NCBI GenBank assembly: GCA_951406725.2
Contig: OX597825.1
Span: 9,486,001 to 9,550,000, forward strand
Source of the DNA: Octopus vulgaris
Lineage: Eukaryota
DNA length: 64,000 bases
Reading direction: 5' to 3'
The position numbers were made by a program, and so were the translations under genes. How positions within the stretch are numbered: position 1 is the first letter of the stretch; each line of letters starts with the position of its first letter. The notes under the pieces are model-generated. The model worked only from the letters and a program-made list of their open reading frames with translations, was not told the DNA's origin and did no database searches. Shown here piece after piece: positions 30,135-44,420 of the stretch.

Positions 30135-30897
30135 TCTCTCTTACTCTTTTACTTGTTTCAATCATTAGAATGCGCTGATGTTGGAGCACCGCTTTCAGTA
30201 CTTAGTCGAACAAATCGACCCATTGTTAATGGTTTTGTTTGTTTTCTTTCTTTATTTAATGTGAGGTATACTGGCCATCTCAATATGGCTAACCACTAAG
30301 GGTGGGTGTTACTGTAGCTTTTAACCCCAGGAGAACACCGTCTCCAGCTGGCTTTGGGCACACTTTCTGTGCCCTTATGGTATTTGCAAAGGGATGTCAC
30401 CCTTCCCTCGTCACAGAAAGTGTGCCTAAAGCCAGCTGGAGACGGTGTTCTCCTGGGGCTACAAGCTACAGTAACACCCACCCTTAGTGGTTAACCATAT
30501 TGAGATGGCAAGTATACCTCACATTGTCGTGCAGTTACTGTTTATATCTCGTTCAGAGATTTAGTATTGCTTTCTTTATTTAGTTATTTATTTATTTTTG
30601 CAAAACCCGGTGCTTATACAGTCGGTCTCTTTCGCCTAACAACTAACAGACTGGAACAAAAGTAAATCAACGACAATTGCCAAGCGTTGGGAGGACAAAA
30701 CCAAAATCACTCAAACCAATACACCCACATATATAAATATCTATGTTTACGACGAATTTGCACACGGTTTCTTTCTACCAAATTCAGTTATGCGTCGGCT
30801 ATAGAAGACTCATACAGAGAGTAGTGCAGAGAAGGACCGAACCCTAAACCACGCGGTTCTGAAGAAAGCGTCTTAACCACAGAGCTATGCCTGTGCT
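30135..30897 (-). mobile_element. SINE family A, diverged and interrupted by a fold-back element
   Basis: Tail at 30135-30225 and body/head at ~30600-30897, with the 30258-30525 hairpin in between. Confidence 0.7.
30258..30525. repeat. Fold-back inverted repeat, 114-bp arms with 40-bp spacer
   Basis: 30258-30371 is a near-perfect reverse complement of 30412-30525. Arm plus spacer is homologous to 41058-41211. Confidence 0.93.
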
Positions 30898-31262
30898 TAA
30901 CACGTCTATTAACCACTTTCCAGCCCATGCTGAAACAGCGGATGTATACAAATATGATGAAATCATACCATGATATAAACATGGCCAGCCTACAACAGTT
31001 GCAATATTGTGTCTCCCAATGTACCTAGCATGCCAGCACAACAGATCTTAACTGATGTTTAACTCTCTAAGTAAGCTGGATTTATGGTGTCTTTCGGACA
31101 CCATAGGAGACAACAATTATGATTCAAGTCAGCATAACTGAATGCTGGCCCAAAGTATTAACTTTCCGTGGTGATCATTCAGAGCTTTAGTCAACAATAT
31201 ATGTGTGAGAGCATATATTGTGTGTTTATATATCTCTAATTATATTTATATATATACATATA

Positions 31263-31314
<52 letters not shown>

Positions 31315-31321
<7 letters not shown>

Positions 31322-31619
31322 ATCACGTGAGCGACCAGGCTATCAGATGTTGCTCCACATCGCTGGTCACAACGCGCTTCGCATTGTTTTAGCCTTCAAA
31401 TGACGCCACCTCGCTGGCTAAGCGAACAGGCCAACAGAAGAAAGAGTGAGAGAAAGTTGCGGCGAAAGAGTACGGCAGGATCGCCGCCACCCCCTGCCGG
31501 AGCCTCGTGGAGCTTTAGGTGTTTTCGCCCAATAAACACTCACAATGCCCGGTCTGGGAATCGAAACCGCGATCCTACGACCGCGAGTCCGCTGCCCTAA
31601 CCACTGGGCTATTTCGCCT

Positions 31620-31622
<3 letters not shown>
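31315..31622 (-). mobile_element. tRNA-derived SINE family C, full length
   Basis: Minus strand gtggaggcgaaatagcccagtggttagggcagcggactcgcggtcgtaggatcgcggtttcgattccc contains A and B boxes. Homologous to 31682-31856 and 63127-63298. Confidence 0.88.
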
Positions 31623-31681
<59 letters not shown>

Positions 31682-31684
<3 letters not shown>

Positions 31685-31856
31685 GAGGCACATGACCTAG
31701 TGGTTAGAGAAGTGGACTCGCGGTCGAGGGATCGCGGGTTCGAATCTCAGACCGGGCGATATGTATGTTTATAAGCGAAACACCTGAGCTCCACGCGGCT
31801 CCGGCAGAAGGTAATGGTGAAACTTCTGCTAACTCTTTTGCCACAACTTTCTCTCA
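31682..31856 (+). mobile_element. tRNA-derived SINE family C, 3' truncated
   Basis: gtggaggcacatgacctagtggttagagaagtggactcgcggtcgagggatcgcgggttcgaatctc, near-identical to 63127-63298. Confidence 0.88.
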
Positions 31857-31859
31857 ATT

Positions 31860-33815
31860 ATTTCATCCTACATAAGCCTGACCTTCTTCTAGTAATAGCG
31901 GTTCTGTGGCATTTTTTACATACCATGCTATTTTGTTTTCTTCTGCTCTAATGCTGTGTTCGCATCCAATAAGACCTCTTCCCCCTCTTTTTCTTGGTAC
32001 ATACAGTCTGTCTGTGTCACTTTTTGGGTGGAGCGACCCATAGCTAGTTAGCAACTTGCTTGTCTTTCTGTCTAGGCTGTTTGGTTCGTCTACTGTCCAT
32101 GGGATTACCGCTGCTCCATATCTAAGGAGTGAAATCGGCCAGGTGTTGAGAGCTTCGTTTCGACTTAAGGATTAGTCTCAGTCTGCGCGAGTACTCCACC
32201 TTAATTTTTTCTGTTATTACTTTCTCCTTCAATTTATCCATTTCCCAAATCCCCAAGTACTTATAGCCCGTCTCTTCTATCTGCTTCATAACCTCCCCTG
32301 ACGGTATCGTTAACCCGTGCATACATTTGATTTTGCCTCTCTTTAAGACTAACGCATCACACTTTCTCAGTCCGAACTCCATTCTGATATCAGCACTGAA
32401 GGTATACACCGTATCAACGAGGGTACTGATTGGGCTTCATCTTTACAATAAAGTTTGAGTTCAAAAAATGGTTGACTTTTTGTTGGCGGCTTTTGAATAC
32501 ATACCCAGAATCAATGTTAGTGGTATCAAGCACAATACAAAGATCAGTGGGGACAGGCAGTCGCCTTAGAAGATGCCCCTCCTAATTTCTACTGTCCCTA
32601 AACTTCTTCCGTATGCTGTCAGGTCCGCCCTTCAATTCGCCATACTTTTTCCAAGCAATCACTCAACATTCGATGCAATCCGAAACAGGTTCATACACTC
32701 CATAATCCAATAATGTGGGATCATATCGTACGCCTTATGATAGTCGATCCATGAGATGGCTAAGTTACTTTTCCTCCTCTTGCAGTCTCTGAGTACAATT
32801 TTATCTATCCGGTGTTGATCCATGGTTCCTTTGCACTTACGCTTGCAACCCTTCTTCTCATGTGGCAGGACTCCATTTTTTCCAGATGTTCGTACATTGA
32901 CTCTGCGAGTATTCCAGTCAATAACTTCTACATAAGTAGCAAACAGGATATCAGCCTGTAATTGTCTACCGTATTACCTTTTTCGATGCTTTTCAGGCAC
33001 AGCACTGCCCTACCCAATGTCAACCACTCTGGTATTCTTTGGTCGGCATTTAACAAGGTGTTGTGTTGCGCAGCTATTCGTGCATGACATTCACCAAATC
33101 TTTTGATCCAGTAGCCTTGAACGCCATCTGATCCCGGGACCTTCCAGTTGCTCATTTTTTAATGATTTCCTTCACTTCCTTAACTGAAATGACTAATTCG
33201 GCCTGTTTTGGACAGACTACTATTTGTTTCGGTTCTTGCAATCATTCAGCATCCTTCTTGTGTTCCTTGTCTTTGCTCCAGATGTCACCCCAAAACCTTT
33301 GACTTTCAATGTTATCTGGTATCAACTTTTCATCTTTTCACCCTCTATTTATTTCTTTATAGAATCACATCTGATCTACTCTGAATAAACTATTCTGGTG
33401 GTAACCCTTCATTCTTTGGTCGTATCTTACCATCTTTGCTTTCTTTGCAACGAGGCGCTGTTTCAATTCCTCCACTAGTACTTTCAGGCCCTTTCTTTCA
33501 ATATTATATTTCCTTTTCAGTGCCATGTATTTTTATTCGCTTTTAAGCTACCCTTTCTCTTTTCGGTCTAAAACAGAGATTTCCTTCGCGAGCATATCTA
33601 ACCCTGCCTGGATTCTTCTTTGCCACAATGGATTTTTTTCTTTTGTCACTCCCATTGTGCTTCTTTTTCTTGACATCAACATCCACATTTTCTGCTACAA
33701 GAATTCTTGCTACCTTGATCAAATTATTTGTTTCTGTGATGTTGTTTGTTCTGATGTTTTCCAGAATTTCATCGACATTTTTCATTTCTTGGTTCAATTT
33801 CCATCGATCAACCTC
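31860..33815 (-). mobile_element. R4/Dong-like non-LTR retrotransposon ORF fragment (RT), degraded
   Basis: Collinear motifs: [107 protein letters not shown]. The YMDD region is deleted (KVNHF..ELKLY). Confidence 0.9.
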
Positions 33816-33819
33816 TATT

Positions 33820-33884
33820 TATTATTGTTGTTGTTGTTATTATTATTATTATTATTAATATCATTATCATTATTATTAATAATA

Positions 33885-33954
<70 letters not shown>

Positions 33955-33972
33955 CATCATCATCATCATCAT
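33820..33972. repeat. (TAA)n/(TCA)n microsatellite abutting the LINE 5' end
   Basis: Seen directly. Confidence 0.96.
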
Positions 33973-34929
33973 AAAATATTCAATTTTATTCATTGTTATG
34001 AATTTTTCTTTAATTTTGTTTTCGTTTTCTACTAAATGCCTTCTCGACACCTAGGGCAAAATGAAAATCACTGTATAAATTAATAAGCCATTAAAATAAA
34101 CACACCATTTCCGAAATCAAATAAAGCAATTTAAAAGAAAACCATTTTTATGGGTGCCCATATTATTATTGTTTCCATATATACAGTATTTTCCTTATGC
34201 TTACAAATGCTGTTATTAATAACATTCACACTACCTTCACCAATATTAGTATTACCAACAATATTTATGTTATTAATGTTAATAGCTTACTTTACAATCT
34301 CCATTATATTTCTACTTTCGTTTTTAGCTCTTATATTTGTCGTTTCTCTAAAAATTGTAGTGACTCATTTTTCTCAAGTGATTCTCACTGAGGTGGTAGT
34401 TATTGTTATAAGTGATAGAGCAGTATATGTACCATTGTTAATGCTATGCAAACGTTTATGATATTCTTCTTACTGTTGTTATTATTATTACATTTATAAG
34501 CATACGTTAATAAAAATGTATGCTTGTACAAAAATTATTCCTAGCTGATTCATATACGCAGCTTTCAATAATACCCCAAGTGTATCCAAAAGAGCAGTTA
34601 ACTTTTTTCTCTTATCATCAACTGTATTAGCTATTCATTCCAAACACTAATCTGCTGAGTTGTTTGAAAATACAAAGTATTCAATATGAAATGATACAGT
34701 AAGCCTTTCATTTCTTTCCACACTCAAACGCACGAGTTGCCACACATGCACATACAAAAAAGTGCACCTATATATATATTTGAATTTACGGTTATATGTT
34801 CACGTACATCTGTACGGAGAGCCTTGCAATATTTTTTATTAGGTTTTCACACAAATGTAGGCACACAATAATTTATGTTACAACATATATATATATATAT
34901 ATATATACATACATATTCATATATATATG

Positions 34930-34981
<52 letters not shown>

Positions 34982-35176
34982 CATTTCAAAAGACATCACA
35001 TCAGCCAAAGGTATTTTTTTTCAAACCCATTTCTTATAGGAATAATAATACAAAATATTAAATGCTGAGCGGCAACAATTACTCTTTGAAATGGAATTCT
35101 AAGGTACGAAACATATGAATTGTAAATATGCTGCTAATATATACATTCATAATTACAAAGCACGTCACATGCACAC

Positions 35177-35295
<119 letters not shown>

Positions 35296-35708
35296 TAAGG
35301 ATTGATACAGAGAGAGAGATATATAGACACAAAGGCAGACAGGTGGATAGATAGATAAATATAGATATAGATACATATAAAATATTATAATATGTATAAA
35401 ATATTATAATAATCCAGGTTTCTCGGGGCACTGGGCCACTTGGTGTTGAATAGGTATACTATTAAATTAGTATCTAATTCTCTCACCCTTATTAATTAAT
35501 TAGATATAGATACATACACATTTACATATATATATATACATATATATATGCATGCATATATATATATATATGCGTATATATATTCATATATACATATATA
35601 TGTGTATGTATGTAATATATGTATATATGTACACATATATATATATAATATATGATATATGATATATATTATATAATATATATATATATAATATTATATA
35701 TATATATT

Positions 35709-35749
<41 letters not shown>

Positions 35750-36789
35750 TTCATATTACCATATCTTTTGTTTGAATCATACGATTGCTGTCATAGTGAG
35801 ACATTTGCCCAAAATGCCGCGCAATGGGAATGAACTCAAAACCACGTGATTGCAAAGAAACCATTTTAGTCAAGATAGATTTTGTGAAAGTGTGTGTGTG
35901 TGCGTGCATGTGTGCGTGCGTGTTTGTGTGTGCGTGTGTGTGTGTGTGTGTATGAGTAAACCTAAGCTGTGGTTAATTATTATTCTATGCTAAGCAATAA
36001 AGAAGTGAAAAATTAGAAAATAATCTGGTAGTTTTGGGTTTTCTTTTTTTTTGTTTCTGTTTTAGATTTTTTTTTTTACCTTTTCTTTGTTTCATTCAGT
36101 TTTCATTGTTGCTGCTTTTCTCAATTCATTTCCTTTCTGCAAATTTTGCTGTCTTATTTATTTATTTATTTATTTATTTATTATTTTTTTTTTTTTTTTT
36201 TGGTAGGGGGACTTCTTTTTTTTTTTTTTCCTATGATCGTAATTCTAGTTTTTTTCTGTTTATTTTCTTCTTGTACTCTTCTTTCATATATCAGAAGAAA
36301 GTTCGATGCGTGTTAGAATCATTTCTAAATGAGAGGATTTGATGATGTCGATTAAACTAATTTCGACTTCTGATAGATTAATATCTCAACCAGAATATCT
36401 CCAACTATTTATAGCCCAATATTTATTAACGCTCTTTTGCATACGTCTTCCTTATTCCTGTTCGTTTTTATAGCATCATTAGATACTTTTATTTTATTTT
36501 TATTTCCAATTTCTCCGTTGTTTTCTTTTCAGTTATATTTTATATATTTTCCTTCCTTTCTTCCTTCCACCCATCCTTCATCATGTTTATAGAGATTTCA
36601 GTTTTGCTGGGCTTGGTTATGATTTTGTTATTCTTGGCTTATTTATCAAGGTGATCTTATGCAGCCTCGTTTTATTCCTCAGCTACCTCTAATTGTTCTC
36701 TCACCCTAAACACTTTTCTTGTTTAGAAGATTTTGCTATGAATAATACACGTTTTACACACACACACAAAAAAAATGTATATATATAAA

Positions 36790-36841
<52 letters not shown>

Positions 36842-37322
36842 ACATATATGTATTTATATGGGAATATATATTCGCATATATATATAATTATATAATTATA
36901 TACATATACATATATGTATGTATTTATGTATATAGATTATATATATATTGTTTTTTTGCTTATTTATATATTTTTCAATTCATTTCGTCGGTGAAAGTCA
37001 TTAATCACGCATCATGTGAAGTGAAGCGTTATATAAATTAAGAACAAATACCAATATTATGATGTGGATGACACTGAGTGTGTTGTGTGTTGTGTGTATG
37101 TGTGTATACGTCAGCGCTTTCTGCGTGTATCTACACAACTCCTTAATTGCCATTTTACTCAAAAACCCAAATAGAAAACGAAATAGATATGTAAAAAAAA
37201 ATAATAATAGCCAGAAAGAACTCGTAATATTTATCGAATTTTCATTGTTATTGCTTTTCTCTCTGTGATTTTTTCCCCACACAAACCTGTACAAATACTC
37301 GCAAGGACATGGATAGATAGAT

Positions 37323-37471
<149 letters not shown>

Positions 37472-37543
37472 TACTTATATATATATATATTTCATATACA
37501 TATATAAACACATACGCGTGTATGTGTGTGTGCATATATATAT

Positions 37544-37600
<57 letters not shown>

Positions 37601-38647
37601 TGTGTACATATATACATATATGTATATATACACACATATATATATATGTATGTATGTATATGTATATTTTATACATAATATATATACATATAAATATATA
37701 CACACACTCATATATACGCATGTGTATGTGGGTGTGCGCAAAAAATGTCAGAGACACAAGCGACAATGTATACCTACAAGTATGCATGCCTACACCTACA
37801 GAGCAGAGGGAGATGGTGATGTAGGTAGGTGTACAGGGAAGATCTAATCTACGAATGGGTTTAATTCTGCAGATTATAAAGGGTTGCTCACACACAGTGT
37901 CAGTCAACGAAACATTTTTCCGTTTCAAATGTAATGATAATTCGCCACGCCTTGGGGTTTAGGATTTCACGTCTTGGACAATAATTTCAGATAGTATTTC
38001 ATGCACGTAAAATCTGGTAAATAGATAGGTATACAGAAACACGTGCTCGCGCTAATGTATATATGTGTGCATTTGAGGGTGTTGGCATAGATATGTGTGC
38101 GCGTGTGTTTGTTTGTGTGTGGAGTTTGGGGTATGGGGTGTGCGTGGTTTTGTGTATGTACTTATGCTAATCCCATGTATGAAAATAGGGAATATAAAAT
38201 TAATATATTTCCATTTTTCGTAAGCAAATGCAAGATATTGTTTCTTCAAGGGAAGAAAAGTGATTGTTGTGTATATGTATGTGTGTGTATGTGTGTGTGT
38301 GTGTGTGCATGTGTGTATGTGTGTGGATATTCATCCATGAATGAATGTACGTATATGGATATATGAATGAAGGCATATATACATATACATATACACAGAC
38401 ATACATACAGACAACCGCGCACACATATAAAGGCAAAATGCACAGGATGTTTGAATGTACGCATATGTATATATCTTAAATAGGCACTCCGAACATATAT
38501 ATATACATAATGGGAGCGAAAAAATACATGTTTAATACTCCGATTAACAACTAGGAATCAACAACTCATTTCATATGTATCACATTACATTTAAGAGTGT
38601 AAGTATATGTTTAGTGTGAGTATGTATGTATTATCTATCTATCTATC

Positions 38648-38699
<52 letters not shown>

Positions 38700-39626
38700 T
38701 ACAAGTTCTAAGACTAATATAGACGTATTGACCCACTGATGCACACGTTTATGCAATAGTACATCCGTTTATACATGTATGTATGTATGTATGTATGTAT
38801 GTATGTATGTATGTATGTATGTATGTATGTATGTATGTATGTATCTATGTATGTATGTATGAATGTATGTATGTATGTATATATGTATGTGTGTATGTAT
38901 ATCTATATATATGTGTGTGTGTGTGTATGTATGTGTGTATTCATGTATGTATATATTAATCACCATTCATATATGTACAGGCACACACATTATGGGTGTG
39001 TATATATTCATTCATACATACACGCATACAAGTATGCATACATACTCGCATGCATACGTAGATACACACTCATACATACATACATACATGCATACATACA
39101 TATATGCAAACATACATACACGCATGCATACATACATACATACATACATACATACATACATACATACATACATACATACATACATACATACATACGTACG
39201 TACATACATACATACCTAAACTTTATAATGGCTAAAGCCATCGAAGTGTTCTTACTGTGAAATAAAGTGCGCACATTTCTGAGTGGTAAGTTATTGTTAA
39301 GCAATGATATTATAGCTTGGAGAGGATATTTTTAATATAAGGAGAAAAAGTTATTAAGTTCCATCGGGTATTTTTGGCAAAGCGAATAAATAAACGATTG
39401 TTATATTGTGTGACACTTTATATATTGGTATTCATTTTAAGACTTTACCTTCTATTGTCTTGGTTTTCTTTTCCTAATTTTGATATATGATTGTTTGTGG
39501 AAATATCACTGTGTAAATTGTTTATGCTTGTGAATATTCGCATATGTGCGTAGATCTATGGATACTTAGACGAGTATATATATGATACACACACATATAC
39601 ACATATATATGTTTGTATGTATGTAG

Positions 39627-39692
<66 letters not shown>

Positions 39693-40047
39693 GAATATAA
39701 ATATATTTATATAATGATATGTTATGTAATATATCCTTACATATATACATATATATAAGTATATATGTATATATGTATATATTTTTTACATGCAGTATGA
39801 TATATTTCTATGTATACCTGGAAGAAAATATAAGAATTTATTAATAAATATACATGAGGAAGACGCTAGAATGTTTATATGGAATTGTAATCATAATGCT
39901 ATCAATACAAATAAATGTATGAATGATTATATACACATGAATATATATACATACATATATATATACTTATATATGTACATATATATAAACATATATATAT
40001 ATATAGTTGAATATAGAGATAGATCGATACTTATACGCATGCATACA

Positions 40048-40088
<41 letters not shown>

Positions 40089-40494
40089 GTTGATATCTTT
40101 ACAGATGCATATATGCATGCACACACACTTATATCTGTGTGAAGGAGTATATATCTAACTAATAAGAGTCCATCTCCGCACGTTATTGCTACCTCTTTAA
40201 CTATTTTTATCAAATTTTTACAATCTCTACTGATATCGTGTTGATATCTATACTCTATCGTCTGTTGTTTTCATATTTTTATTCCATTTACTCAGCCAAT
40301 ATGCGTGCATATCAATAGAACTGCATATATCTTTATCATTATCGATAATTGTACATTTATATTCATATTTTAGTTCGAATGCGTTGAAACCTTTGTTATT
40401 TAATATTTTCCATAAATATAGCCTTTCACTATATATTCCTACGCGCTTGCGCAAATTACCAATATAATCAGATACACTGTCACCTATATGTATG

Positions 40495-40602
<108 letters not shown>

Positions 40603-40999
40603 TTATGTATATAGTATTTAATAACAGTTTATTTCGACTTCAAATAAATAAAAAGTTTCGTTCGATCGTCCCACGAACCTAACTCGTGCGGCACACAGAA
40701 CCGAATGAAGTGGAGTCCAAGATTACATCTAGTTGTTGGGCTGCTAGTAGTCAACGCTGATTATTGATGTATTAACAATTTGGTAGTGAGTCCAGTTTCA
40801 ATCAGAATTCCAAAGAAAACGTGATGGGACTGAATGCTGTTGGTGACACTTTGTATATATATATACATACAGAAATACAGACAGACAGAATACAGACATA
40901 CATACATACAAACATGCATACATACATACATACATATCACTGGAAAAAGGATATATGTATTTGCATTGGGAACCCTTCGAATCGAAGACCGGTAATTGT

Positions 41000-41043
41000 T
41001 GTACACTGACGATGGGTAAATATCAGAAACCTGGGTCCGTGCG
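41000..41043 (+). ncRNA. Type-I hammerhead motif with intact CUGACGA core in repeat 40935-41212
   Basis: UGUACA-CUGACGA-UGG(GUAAAUA)UCA-GAAA-CC(UG)GG-UC-CGUGCG. GUC cleavage triplet. Stem I has a mismatch next to the core and stem II is weak. Confidence 0.6.
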
Positions 41044-41212
41044 TATCACGTCAAGTCGACGATGGGAAGGATGGCTTCCCTTTGCAAATACTGATAGGAC
41101 ACAGAAAGTGTGTCAATAGCCAGCTGGAGAAGATGTGCTCCTGGGGCTACAAGCTACAGTAGCGTCCACCCTTAGTGGTTAGCCACATTTAAGTGGCAGA
41201 TATACTTCACAA

Positions 41213-41264
<52 letters not shown>

Positions 41265-41271
<7 letters not shown>

Positions 41272-42040
41272 TATAATAGAAACTCTGTCCTTTTGTGTTT
41301 GTTTGTCCCATTAATTGAAAGTAAATGGTCCAAAGGAAGCAATACTAATTGTGCACAAACCTATGACGAACTGCATTGAGGCAAATATTATCACTGGTTG
41401 TGGTAAACATCCCATGATGTGAAAGTAGATGATTCAAGGGTGGTAACACCAAGTGTGCACGAACCTATGGCGAACTGCATTGAAGCAAAGATTCTCACTG
41501 GTTGTGGTAAACGCCACACCGTCTTCGTTCCTCGCATACCAGTAGTTATACCATCTAATGTCCCATTCAAATTTCAGCCCTTACAATTTCCTACCCCACT
41601 TTCTCTTGCCATGCCCATTAATAAATATCAAGGCCAAACACAAAGAGTTGCTGGATTGCAACCTGAAGAACAAACAGAAGTTCGTATATGAAATCCATCT
41701 TCTTTCTACTTCAATTATTAAATGTTTTTCTCTTATATAATATGCATATACAGGACAAGTAAACCTAAATCTGACTGACAGGACACAGCATTTGTAATTT
41801 CATTGGAATATTACTTATTGTTGCCTTGCTTTCCATTCCGATAATATAGCCTCGGAATTTCAGCACTAACACTGACAAGATACAGCATTTGTAATTCCAT
41901 TTGACAATTACTTACTAATATTCCTAATCAAAAAAATATCTCCTAAAATAAGACCGTCAAAAAATGAACACCAAACAAACGCACGACGTGCAACAGAAAA
42001 GCGTGGATGAGACACGCGCAAACGTAAATCTTTAGTCGTT
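41265..42040 (+). mobile_element. Non-autonomous Helitron with helicase remnant
   Basis: ORF 41419-41691 reads CIEAKILTGCGKRHTVFVPRIPVVIPSNVPFKFQPLQFPTPLSLAMPINKYQGQT (Helitron IPRI...PF.F.R.QFP...FAMTINKSQGQT). Candidate 3' hairpin GCGTG-gatgaga-CACGC at 42001-42017. Boundaries are approximate. Confidence 0.75.
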
Positions 42041-42411
42041 AGTCTCAGCTTGGTTCAGATTCGAAACGACGATTAACATAACTATATATTTTCTTTTGAA
42101 ATTCTACCTGTGTGAATTCTATGTGAAGTTGCTTGTATATATGTTCAAGATGATCTCAAACCAATGCTAAAACCGTTTTACCACATTGTTGCTGGAGCTT
42201 GCAAAACACTTCAGATTCCGAAATTCTATAAGAACAGCTGCTTTCCCTCTTCTCTTCTGTACTTGCTTCTCTTTTTTCTAGACTGGAGCTTTAAAATATA
42301 TTCGAAGCAAAACAGCCAACCAGAAATAGATGAACTCCGGAATACAGCTGTGACAGCATTGTGTATTGCTTTTTAAAATTCCACTTTGCAGTCTGAAGGA
42401 CAAATACGCAG

Positions 42412-42500
<89 letters not shown>

Positions 42501-42671
42501 CTTTATTTAAAGCAGCAGAAAATTCAACAAAACCTGTTACTCTGAGTTTCACGTTGCCGTTCGTCGGACAGTTTTTGCTAGAAGTTTTTTCTAGCAAAAA
42601 CTGTCCGACGAACGGCAACGTGAAACTCACAGTAACAGGTTTTGTTGAATTTTCTGCTGCTTTAAATAAAG
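42501..42671. repeat. Near-perfect fold-back palindrome, 83-bp arms with 5-nt loop
   Basis: 42501-42583 versus 42589-42671 shows one mismatch. The element continues to ~42742 and is flanked by (TA)n on both sides. Confidence 0.96.
42601..42638 (+). ncRNA. Minimal type-I hammerhead motif (U4C core); mirror copy at 42534-42571 (-)
   Basis: CUGU-CCGACGA-ACG(GCAA)CGU-GAAA-CUCACAG-UA-ACAG. Stem I is perfect, stem II is GNRA-capped, and the triplet is GUA. The mirror copy has stem III ACUC-A-GAGU. Confidence 0.72.
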
Positions 42672-42740
42672 CATATTACTCTACCACTGGTATTTGAGTA
42701 CTCTTTTTTCCACCTTGTTTCACATTTATGTGTTTACTCC

Positions 42741-42778
<38 letters not shown>

Positions 42779-44059
42779 TAATTGGTGTGTAAGTATATAG
42801 TGAATTAAAAGTTCACTCTTTCGAAAACATCTAGAATTTCAATCAAAAACAGTTGACCACATCTATACAACCATTCTCTAATGAATGCAAAAGAATAAAG
42901 AAATAAGACATGGGAGTACAATTATAATTTTTACTGAAGAAAGTCAAAAACAACATCTGGTTTCTCAGTTAAAACATTGACCAATTCAAATACACGGATT
43001 TCTAGAAATTATCCATCTGCCTCAGACCAAATGTCCTCCGGAAAAGACCAGTGGCTGTTTTTTGTTGATGCACAGCTTTTGCGAAGATGTCGTCACTCTT
43101 ACACACCACTAATGCGCATACAAAGCCGCAGTGGAACATACACTGTTCACATTATCTGACTAGTAAAGAGCTGTGAGCGGCTGACAATACTCTAAGAACC
43201 ATTCTAAACCCTACTTTGATCTACGCTTGATTCAAGACTTCAGATCTGTCAAGGCGAGGAGCTTTGGAAAATGTGTCTCACAGCCGGAGACCACATCCGG
43301 GTATCTTGAATGAAACGCTGGAAGTGTCGTAGCGTTTGTGCAAGTATATGACTCTTCCGCCATACAAGAAGCCCCCGAACAAGTCTGGTACATTTATTTA
43401 AAGCTCTTAGGAAAACCCATCAACCCGAACGACATTTCTCTCAAGTCATCGCTCCCCATATTTTGTCAGATGTCATCAGCCTTTCTGAGATCTTGGCAAA
43501 CTTATCGGATACTTCAAAAGTACTTTATTTTATCTAACTCAAAGGATGGAAGGTAAAGTTGACTGCAGCATGATTTGACATCAGAATATAAAGACCCGGA
43601 GCAAATAGTACAAACCACTTTGTCCAAAGCTCTAAACTTCTTGCCAAGCCACCACTCTCGCCTCTTTCTTATAATTGTTTCAAACATAAGCACAGGGTTA
43701 GGAATTAGGGGACGAGCTGGTCGATTACATTGCGCTCAGTGTTTCATGCATATTTTATTCTACGGACCCAAGAAAGGACAAAATTCAAACCTGACAATAA
43801 ACTGATATAAACTCAAAGCATATAAAGGCTCGGCAAACTGCCTCAAAGTTCTGCCCATCCATGGCTTGCATTGATAAAATTATAATACTAAATATAAATA
43901 GCAGATTCGAATGTCGGAATCAGGAGCATATTGTTTTAAAATAGCGAGGACGACACACACAACACTGGATTACTAAGAGATAGTGAAGTCAAGAGTTTTC
44001 TTAAAGATTTTGCTACCACCCTACAGCTTCATAGGTATAGTAGAATCATTTAGCTAACA

Positions 44060-44420
44060 AACTTCGCCCTTCACATCCAACTTGCGCAAAATTTGCTACA
44101 AAGAAACACCCACCACTCCATCATCAGCTTCCTCTTCAAGTCATTCTTGAAGGAGCCGATAAGATCTAAAACCTCACTTTCAACGCGTCCATCTCGCAAT
44201 TTCTTTTGCTATAGCCACCCGATTGTAGAATATTACCTTCACTTCTTTTCCAGAACAAGGCATCAGTTCGATCTTCACGAGAAACTCAACTGGTAGTCTG
44301 ATCGATCTTGCGAATAGCAAGAGCTGACACACATACTCCTGCAATGCACGAAAAATGAGCACGTACCGGGTGGTACTTGTTTTTGTGTAATTTCTGGACA
44401 TGTTCAGTGATTTCTTATTC
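44060..44420 (-). mobile_element. Possible Tx1/L1 ORF2 C-terminal fragment
   Basis: EYVCQLLL...VEFLVKIEL...KVIFYNRVAIAKEIARWTR and LKRKLMME resemble Tx1-type ORF2 C-termini. Weak, by-eye similarity only. Confidence 0.4.
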
